Positions 10,057-17,672 of a DNA stretch of 56,259 nt are shown here, one piece after another. Origin of the DNA: Pirellulales bacterium (lineage in GTDB: Bacteria > Planctomycetota > Planctomycetia > Pirellulales > JAIMBC01). A program made the translations under genes and the position numbers. The stretch's first letter is position 1. Every line of letters begins with the position of its first letter. Location of the stretch: positions 1 to 56,259 of the forward strand of contig JAIMBC010000003.1 in the NCBI GenBank assembly GCA_023511675.1. Reading direction: 5' to 3'. The notes under the pieces are model-generated. The model made no database searches, was not told the DNA's origin, and saw only the letters and a program-made list of their open reading frames with translations.

Positions 10057-10701
10057 ATGTGGTGTTCTAAGTGCCAGCAAGAGGTACCCGGAGTGCGCAA
10101 CTCTGCCAGCGGCGTCCTGGCCTGCGTGCGCTGTGGCCAGGAGCCGGACCAGGTACCGCCATCTAGCGCCACCGCTACACTCCCCACGCCCGAAGAACGC
10201 GACCAACTGCTGCGGAACCTGGAGCACTGGAGCGATCATCCGCTTCTGGCAGAGCTAGATGACTGGGAACTGGGCGAACAGCTCCGCCACGTCGAGCGAT
10301 TGCTTGCTGTGGATCCGCCGGGTAAGCTGCCCGCCCCGCGCCACTCAGGCTTCTCGCCGGGTGAGAAGTTGCATGAGCGAGAGAACGCCACGTCGCGCCG
10401 GCGCCTGGGCAGCTCTGGCTCAATGGCCCTGCGTGCGGCGCGGCTGCTGGCCTGGCTGGCCATCGCCCTTGGTGTGGCGGCCTTGGTTTGCGGCGCCGTG
10501 TTGCTGGCCCTGGCCCAGCTTCGCGGGCGCAGCGACCTCTGGGGCCTGGGCATACCTTTGTTTGCCGTGGGGCAACTCGGGGTGGTGATCGGCCTGGTTT
10601 GCGAGGCCGACTTTTCCCGCCGCGTCCGCCGCCCCCGCGGCAAGGCTGGCAGGCGTGCGTCCCAGCCTTCCCGCCTCCGCGCCCAAAGACAGACGTGTTA
10701 G
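10057..10701 (+). CDS. Hypothetical zinc-ribbon membrane protein
   Basis: MWCSKCQQEVP...CVRCG (two CxxC pairs), an acidic helical middle (DDWEL), two C-terminal TM helices and a basic tail. Confidence 0.7.
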   Translation: MWCSKCQQEVPGVRNSASGVLACVRCGQEPDQVPPSSATATLPTPEERDQLLRNLEHWSDHPLLAELDDWELGEQLRHVERLLAVDPPGKLPAPRHSGFSPGEKLHERENATSRRRLGSSGSMALRAARLLAWLAIALGVAALVCGAVLLALAQLRGRSDLWGLGIPLFAVGQLGVVIGLVCEADFSRRVRRPRGKAGRRASQPSRLRAQRQTC

Positions 10702-11124
10702 GGCCTGTGCGGCGCGTTTGCTCGAACGAGGTCCGTGCGTCTCGCCGTTTGTTCAAGACGCCGACGTGATGGCCCCGCGCGCCACGTGACGCTGGAGGTG
10801 GGACAGACCCCCCCGGCCGGCCGCGCCGCCATGGCCCCGCAAGCCATCGCACGCCCGGCGAACCGAGCAAGCTATCAGAAAGTGCTTGCACGCATTTGTG
10901 CAGCAGACTGCTAGCCCCTTTGGCAACCGGGCGAAGCGAGGCCGCAACCGCTGTGTCGCTCCGACGGGGAGCTGCGCATCGCCACCAGGCATTGCGGTAG
11001 GCCCGCGCCCATAGGGGTGCTCCGTCCGGGGGAAGGCCGTCGGTTGAGTCGTGCTGGGGAAGGTCCGCGCCCGCACGGGTGGTCGGGAGCGGAGGTAGCC
11101 AGCACGCCGTGGGCTACAAGGTCT

Positions 11125-12438
11125 TCAACTTGCTCGGCACACAATCACGCAGCTTGCCTGGCCCTGGGGCGTAACGCTGAGATTGGCAAAGCTATGGCCC
11201 GGGTCGGCGAGCGTGCCGCACCTCACGGCCGCAATGGGGCACTCAGGGTCTGGCGTGGTGTAGTTGAGAATGGGGAAAAGGTTGCCCTTGGCCATCGCTA
11301 GCACGCCTGCGATGAGTTCCACCAGTCCGCTCGCGGCGCCCAGGTTCCCAAAATAGCTCTTGGCGGCGGTCACAGGAATTCGCTGTGCGGCCGGGCCGAG
11401 CACGCGATGCAGCGCCTGAGACTCTTCGATGTCGCAACTTTGCGTGCCCAGCCCATGTGCCTGAATATGGCCAAGCCGCTCCGGTGCGACCTCTGCTTCG
11501 CGGAGGGCCGCAGAGAGTGCATGGGCCAGAGCGTCACGCCGGCGAGCCACGCCATTGCGTGACGAAACGTGGGAGGCCCCCATCCCCGCAACACGTGCAT
11601 AGATGGTGGCGCCGCGTGCCAAGGCCGCTTGCCGCTCTTCCAGCACCACGGCCGCGGCACCCTCGCCGAGGACCATGCCTTGCCGATGCAGATCAAACGG
11701 CTTGCATGCCGTGGAGGGTTCTGTACCATCTGCCGCCACTTCTTCTTGGATGACGGCGTGCAGGGCACGCATGGGATGCAGCCTGGAGCCGGTGGCGCCG
11801 GCCAGCATGCACTCGGCATGGCCGCGAACGATGGTACGAAACGCTTCGCCCACGGCCAGATTTGCTGAGGCCTCGCGCAGCGTGAGCGAGTTGTTGGGAC
11901 CTCTCAGGTCGTTATAGATTGCCACGTGGCTGGCGGGCATGTTGGGCAGGTACTTCAGCAGCCACAGGGGTGAGAGCTGCGTCATGCCCTGGGTGGCCCA
12001 GCGAGAGAAGTCGAAGCCTTGCTTGGCATCGATGCAGGCCTGGTAGGCAGGCACCAGATCATACTGTTCGCTCAGCATGTAGTCGGCACCGAACACCACC
12101 CCGCACCGCTCGGGCTCATAGATGCCGGGACGCAGGCCCGCGTCGGCCAGAGCGAGCTGCGCCGCTGCAACACCCATCTGGCATTCGCGGCACATCAGCT
12201 TGAGCCCTTTGCGGATGGCCTTTTTCAGCTCGGGCTCCAGTGGGCCGAACTCTTCGATGCTGCCGTTAAACTTGGCTGGGGCACCGAGCTTGCCTGGGGC
12301 GGGAAACCAGTCCTCCATGCGTGCCACGCCGCTGCGGCCGCTGCACAGGGCTTCCCATAAGGCTTGGGTACTATTGCCCAGCGGCGAGACGACGCCCAGA
12401 CCAGTAATCACCACCTGGCGGTCGGCGGGCACCAGCAT
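11125..12438 (-). CDS. Beta-ketoacyl-ACP synthase (FabF/FabB-like) family protein with non-canonical active site
   Basis: VVITGLGVVSPLG, YLPNMPASH, PFDLHRQGMVLGEGAAAVVLE, AHGLGT, KSYFGNLGAASG. The catalytic Cys position reads Glu (TLREAS). Start at 12438 (MLVPADRQVV) is inferred. Confidence 0.85.
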   Translation of the reverse strand: MLVPADRQVVITGLGVVSPLGNSTQALWEALCSGRSGVARMEDWFPAPGKLGAPAKFNGSIEEFGPLEPELKKAIRKGLKLMCRECQMGVAAAQLALADAGLRPGIYEPERCGVVFGADYMLSEQYDLVPAYQACIDAKQGFDFSRWATQGMTQLSPLWLLKYLPNMPASHVAIYNDLRGPNNSLTLREASANLAVGEAFRTIVRGHAECMLAGATGSRLHPMRALHAVIQEEVAADGTEPSTACKPFDLHRQGMVLGEGAAAVVLEERQAALARGATIYARVAGMGASHVSSRNGVARRRDALAHALSAALREAEVAPERLGHIQAHGLGTQSCDIEESQALHRVLGPAAQRIPVTAAKSYFGNLGAASGLVELIAGVLAMAKGNLFPILNYTTPDPECPIAAVRCGTLADPGHSFANLSVTPQGQASCVIVCRAS

Positions 12439-12968
12439 GCGACTCCACATGAAAGATCCGGGAACAGGCCAAGAATTGTAATAGCGTTGCGCGAGGCCGT
12501 CGAGGCCGTCTGGGGAGGTATTGTATTCTTGGGGGCGGGATTCTTGGGGACGGCCCACCTGGCGAGGGGCCTGTGGGGGACGGGATCTTGGGGATGGAAT
12601 AGTTGGGGTTGGGATTCTCTTGAGGACGCCCTGCGGCTGTAGCGGTCTGGCCGTGGGGGCGGCTGCAGCAGGAAGTTTACGGCCGCGGCGGTGTGCTGTT
12701 TACGGCATTGGGCCTTGCAGCCATCGACGTCTGTGCCGGAGCGTCGCGGCACGCGTGCTTGTAGGGTCGCAAGCCCCTTGGCGACGGGCGGGCTACGCAC
12801 GGACCGACCCAGCCGGTGGACGTTGATGCCCCTTCAAGAGCCTCAGATTTCTTGTTGTGGGACGGCGCAAGGAAGGTTGCCCTGCGAGGCGGGGCAGCAT
12901 AGAGTCATAAAGTTGTGGGTGAGTACATCCCGCAGGACGGAGTCAGCGGCGAGCCTTGGAGGTGCACC

Positions 12969-14384
12969 ATGTGGCACAGGCGTGCGTTTTTGAGTTCGGC
13001 CGCGGCGGCGGCAGTGGCGGCCGGTTCGAGCAGGCTGGTGGCGGGGCTGGAAGCGGGGCGGACCCACGCCTCGCCAAAGGACGCCATGGCAGGGCCGCCG
13101 GAAGATGTGGCGTATGTGACCGCGACCTATGCCGGCACAGATGTCGAGCGGCCCGATTACCTGGCGGTGGTCGATGTGTCTCCTCGTTCGCCCACCTACT
13201 CGCAAGTGATTCACCGTTTGGAAATGCCGCATCGTGGCGACGAACTCCACCACTTCGGCTGGAATGCGTGCAGCAGTTGCCACGGCCAGCGCGCACGACG
13301 GTACCTGATCGTGCCCGGGCTGGTCTCCAGCCGGCTGCATGTGGTGGATGTGTCAGATCGCCGGCGGCCGCGGCTGCACCGCGTGATCGCTCCGGAGGAG
13401 GTAACCGCCAAGGCAGGCCTGACAGCACCACATACGGTGCATTGCCTGCCCGATGGGCAGATCATGATCTCGATGCTGGGCAACGATCGGCTGGAAGGCC
13501 CCGGGGGCTTCTTGCTGTTGGACGAGGCGTTTGACGTGCTGGGAAGTTGGGAGGCCACTCGCCAAGGGATGCACTACAACTACGATTTCTGGTACCAGCC
13601 GCGGCACAATGTGATGGTTTCCAGCGAGTGGGCGGCTCCCAGCACGACGCGGCCCGGTTTCAATCCGGACGATGTGCGGCAAGGCAAGTATGGCCGGCGT
13701 CTCCACTTCTGGGACTGGCAGCAGCGGCGCATTGTCCACAGCGCGGACCTGGGCGAAGAGGGGCTGATCCCATTGGAGGTCCGGTTTCAGCACAATCCCG
13801 ACAGCAGTCACGGTTTTGTGGGGGCGGCGCTCTCCAGCAGCATCTGGCACTGGTACCGCGATGCCCAGGAGGATTGGCGTACCGAGAAGGTGGTTCAGGT
13901 GGAGCCGGTCGAGGTTGAGGGCTGGCCCTTCCCCGTGCCGGGACTGATCACCGACCTGGTACTTTCGCTCGACGATCACTGGCTGTACTTCTCCAACTGG
14001 CTGCACGGCGACGTGCGGCAGTACGACGTGAGCGATCCTGCGCATCCGCGGCTGGCAGGGAGGTTGTGGCTGGGCGGCGTGCTTGGCACGCAGCCCAGCC
14101 TGCGTGGCCGACCGCTATGTGGAGGCCCCCAGATGCTGCAACTCAGCCACGATGGGCGCCGCCTGTACGTGACAAATTCCCTGTTCAGTAGTTGGGACAA
14201 CCAGTTCTACCCCTCGATTGCTCGACAGGGATCGTACATGGTGCAGATCGATTGCGACCCTGCCGGCGGCATGCAGGTCAATGAGGCGTTCTTCGTCGAC
14301 TTTGGCAAGGAGCCGCACGGACCGGCGCGTGCCCACGAGATGCGCTTCCCAGATGGGGATTGCACATCCGATATCTGGGTGTAA
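12969..14384 (+). CDS. SBP56 selenium-binding / methanethiol oxidase family protein with Tat signal
   Basis: PDYLAVVDV..SPTYSQVIHRL, DELHHFGWNACSSC, YDFWYQPRHNVMVSSEW, GPQMLQLS.DGRRLYVTNSLFSSWDNQFYP, GDCTSDIW. ATG at 12969 follows GGAGG. Leader is HRRAFLSSAAAAAVAAG. Confidence 0.9.
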   Translation: MWHRRAFLSSAAAAAVAAGSSRLVAGLEAGRTHASPKDAMAGPPEDVAYVTATYAGTDVERPDYLAVVDVSPRSPTYSQVIHRLEMPHRGDELHHFGWNACSSCHGQRARRYLIVPGLVSSRLHVVDVSDRRRPRLHRVIAPEEVTAKAGLTAPHTVHCLPDGQIMISMLGNDRLEGPGGFLLLDEAFDVLGSWEATRQGMHYNYDFWYQPRHNVMVSSEWAAPSTTRPGFNPDDVRQGKYGRRLHFWDWQQRRIVHSADLGEEGLIPLEVRFQHNPDSSHGFVGAALSSSIWHWYRDAQEDWRTEKVVQVEPVEVEGWPFPVPGLITDLVLSLDDHWLYFSNWLHGDVRQYDVSDPAHPRLAGRLWLGGVLGTQPSLRGRPLCGGPQMLQLSHDGRRLYVTNSLFSSWDNQFYPSIARQGSYMVQIDCDPAGGMQVNEAFFVDFGKEPHGPARAHEMRFPDGDCTSDIWV

Positions 14385-14562
14385 GCCGGCCGAGCTGCCA
14401 GGGACGCCGGGACCTCGTTGACCCTCGCCAGCCGCTCATGGGCGAGGCGTCCAAGTTTGCGGGGACGAGGGGGGCACGCGGTTCCGGGCGACAGCGCCCC
14501 GAGGTAGGGCCGCGGGACGCTGCCCGCCCGTACTGTTCACGTGCAGCTGCTTCTTGAGGCGG

Positions 14563-17238
14563 TTAGAAGATCCCCAGTGCCCCGAGGCTATACCGCACGA
14601 CCAGGCCGGCTGCCACCACGCTGACCATGCTCATCAACTTGAGGAGGATGTTCAGGCTGGGTCCGCTGGTGTCCTTGAAGGGATCTCCCACGGTATCGCC
14701 GACGACGGCCGCCTTGTGGGCATCGGTGCCCTTGCCGCCATGAGCGCCGCCCTCGATGAACTTCTTGGCATTGTCCCAGGCACCGCCTGAGTTGGCCATG
14801 AACACGGCCACGCAGAAGCCGGTGGTGAGCGCGCCGACCAGCAGCCCCATGACGCCGCTCACGTCCAGCACCAAGCCCGTGGCGACGGGAATGATCAGCG
14901 CCATCAGCGAGGGCGCGATCATCTCCCGCTGCGCGGCACGGGTACTGATGGCCACGGGCGTGGCATAGTCCGGCTTTTCGGTTCCCTGCATGATGCCCGG
15001 CCTGGTGCGAAACTGGTTGCGGACCTCCTCCACCATCCCCTTGGCAGCCCGGCCCACGGCCTTCATGGTCATGGCGCAGAAAGCGAACACGGCCATCGCG
15101 CCCAGGAACACGCCGACCAGCACCTTGGGATTCATCAGCGAGGCATCGTAGAAGCGCGTAAAGTCCGGCAGCGTGGCACGGTGCACATTGACAAGCTTGG
15201 CTCCGGTGAGTGAGACGGTAACCGTGCGATTCTCTCCGCTGCCGGAGGTCTGGAAAATGCCATCCGGCACTTTCGCGGCTCCCCCGGAAACGTCGAGGTC
15301 GTGCCAGCCCTTGATGCCCGCCACCGCGGCGGGCTCCACCAGCCAGTGATAGCGGATCTGGCCTTCTTTCCAGACGAGGAATTGGCTGGAGACCTTGTAC
15401 AGGCCGTCCGGCGAGCCCTTCACGACGGCGGCGTTCCCCCAGCGCTCAAAGCCGACGCGCACCTCTTCAACGTAGGCGGCCAACAGCGCCAGCGCCGTCA
15501 GGGCTGCGGAGCCAATGGCAAAGCCCTTGCCGGTCGCCGCGGTGGTATTGCCGAGGCTGTCCAGGGCATCGGTCCGCTCGCGGACGACCGGATCCAGACC
15601 AGCCATCTGGGCGTTTCCGCCGGCATTGTCGGCAATGGGGCCGTAGGCGTCCGTGGCCAGCGTGATGCCCAGCGTGCTGAGCATGCCCACCGCCGAGATT
15701 CCCACACCGTACAGCCCTAGTGCAAAGGACGATGCGCTGCCGTAGCTCCAGCCATTGGCAAGGCCAAAGGCCAGCAGCATGCCGATGCCGACCGTGATCA
15801 CGGGAAACCACGTGCTGATCATGCCCTCAGCAACGCCGCCGATGATGACCGTCGCCGGTCCTGTCACGGCCTGGTCTGCCAAAAACCGCGTCGGCTTAAA
15901 TTCATTGCTGGTGGAGTACTCCGTCCACTTGCCGATCAACCAGCCCGCCAGCAACCCCACGATGACGCTTCCAGCCACGCCGGGCACGGCATTGAAGAGC
16001 ATGGTGCCCTGAATGGGGGGCAGGATGTACCACGACAGCAGAATGGCCACGGCCACCACCAAAAACGTGCTGAAATTGATCCCCTTGGCAAGCGCCCGCA
16101 AGAGAGTCTTCTGTGTAGCACTTTCCTCGGTACGCACCAGATAGATGCCGATAATCGAAATCAGAATACCCGCTCCGGCAATGGCGAGCGGCAACAACAT
16201 GGCGCGGAGCTGCGACTCTTCGGCACTCAGCCCTTCGGGCAACGCGCCTCCTGCCGCAAAGGCCGATACGCCCAGCGCGGCCGTGGCCAGGATCGAACCA
16301 CAATACGACTCGTAGAGGTCGGCCCCCATGCCCGCCACGTCCCCCACATTGTCCCCCACGTTGTCGGCAATGGTCGCAGGGTTGCGCGGGTCATCCTCCG
16401 GAATCGAGTGCTCGACCTTGCCCACCAGGTCGGCACCCACGTCCGCCGCCTTGGTGAAAATGCCGCCGCCCACACGTGCAAACAGCGCCTGGCTGCTAGC
16501 GCCCATCCCGAAGCAGAGCATCGTCACGGTGATTTCCACCAGGCTCAAGGGCGGGAAGCCCAACATGGGGACCAGCCAGTACAGGGCGGCGAACCAGAGG
16601 CAAATATCCAGCAACCCCAGGCCGACGACGACCAACCCCATCACCGCCCCGGAGCGAAATGCGACCTGCAAGCCCTGGTTGAGCGATTTTTGCGCCCCCG
16701 CAGCCGTTCGGCTGCTGGCCCAGGTTGCGGTCTTCATCCCGCACCAACCGGCCAACCCGGAAAAGAAACCGCCGGTAAGAAAGGCAAACGGGACCCAGCG
16801 GCTTTGCACATTCAGCCCGAAGGCCGCCAGAGCCAACAGCAAGAAGATCACTACAAAGAACGCCGCCACCACCTTGTACTGCTGCTTGAGATAGGCATTG
16901 GCCCCCTCTCGCACAAACGAGGCGATTTCGACCATCCTGGGCGAACCCTCGTCTGCACGAATCATCCACCGGTAGAACAGCCAGGCCTGAGCCAGTGCCG
17001 CCAAGGCGCCGACCAGCGCCCCAGCCCAGACAATCACCTCTAGCGACACCCCTAGCAGCACCGGTACCCCTAGAACGTTCCCAAACGCCGCCCCCCACAC
17101 GACCGGACTACCCCCCGCCTGCGCTACAGGCCATCCCTGTGTCAAAGGCGCTGCCTGGAAGGCAGGCGCCGCCTGAACTCCGGGGGCCGCCAACATGACG
17201 CCGAGTACACCCACCAGTCCCGCCAACTTGTCCTTCAT
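14563..17238 (-). CDS. hppA: K+-dependent membrane pyrophosphatase, probably Na+,H+-translocating
   Basis: [56 protein letters not shown] (Ala indicates the K+-dependent class), [23 protein letters not shown]. Start at 17238 is inferred. Confidence 0.95.
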   Translation of the reverse strand: MKDKLAGLVGVLGVMLAAPGVQAAPAFQAAPLTQGWPVAQAGGSPVVWGAAFGNVLGVPVLLGVSLEVIVWAGALVGALAALAQAWLFYRWMIRADEGSPRMVEIASFVREGANAYLKQQYKVVAAFFVVIFLLLALAAFGLNVQSRWVPFAFLTGGFFSGLAGWCGMKTATWASSRTAAGAQKSLNQGLQVAFRSGAVMGLVVVGLGLLDICLWFAALYWLVPMLGFPPLSLVEITVTMLCFGMGASSQALFARVGGGIFTKAADVGADLVGKVEHSIPEDDPRNPATIADNVGDNVGDVAGMGADLYESYCGSILATAALGVSAFAAGGALPEGLSAEESQLRAMLLPLAIAGAGILISIIGIYLVRTEESATQKTLLRALAKGINFSTFLVVAVAILLSWYILPPIQGTMLFNAVPGVAGSVIVGLLAGWLIGKWTEYSTSNEFKPTRFLADQAVTGPATVIIGGVAEGMISTWFPVITVGIGMLLAFGLANGWSYGSASSFALGLYGVGISAVGMLSTLGITLATDAYGPIADNAGGNAQMAGLDPVVRERTDALDSLGNTTAATGKGFAIGSAALTALALLAAYVEEVRVGFERWGNAAVVKGSPDGLYKVSSQFLVWKEGQIRYHWLVEPAAVAGIKGWHDLDVSGGAAKVPDGIFQTSGSGENRTVTVSLTGAKLVNVHRATLPDFTRFYDASLMNPKVLVGVFLGAMAVFAFCAMTMKAVGRAAKGMVEEVRNQFRTRPGIMQGTEKPDYATPVAISTRAAQREMIAPSLMALIIPVATGLVLDVSGVMGLLVGALTTGFCVAVFMANSGGAWDNAKKFIEGGAHGGKGTDAHKAAVVGDTVGDPFKDTSGPSLNILLKLMSMVSVVAAGLVVRYSLGALGIF

Positions 17239-17439
17239 CACTCCCTCATCAACATACAACCTCGGAGACCGTCTGCTGGACTCCTGCAACACAAACTCGA
17301 ATGTTGAAGAGCGTAGCGAAAGCACGTCCTCCCTGCCAGGGCACTCTGCCCTCGTTCACCCCTGAAGGCCAAGCACGGATCCCTCCCATTGCCCCCGCGG
17401 CAGACTGGCCCCTTGGCAATCGCAAATTAACCCAGCCTG

Positions 17440-17467
17440 ATTATCCCCGCCAAAGCTCGGCACGCAA
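17440..17467 (-). promoter_or_regulatory. Possible sigma-70-type promoter of hppA
   Basis: Minus strand reads TTGCGT (17467-17462), 16 nt spacer, GATAAT (17445-17440), about 200 nt upstream of the start. Confidence 0.3.
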
Positions 17468-17672
17468 GGGCAGCGTGGGGTACAACCCCCATCCCCCGCT
17501 CCTTCCGCCGCGAAGGAGGCGACATCGTCTCCGCAGCAGCTTTCCCTACCAGCCGTTTGCTCTTTTTGGAACGGGCAGACGTACGGCCTCTCAGCCACGC
17601 AGCCTGGCGTGATTGCGCGGGGCTGGGCCATGGTACCAGCCTCCACCGCTTGCCCTGCGCCCCTGAGCTGCG

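Noticed and set aside
11125-12438. Type II PKS gene cluster
   Set aside because: No ACP, partner KS, cyclase or reductase genes are adjacent.
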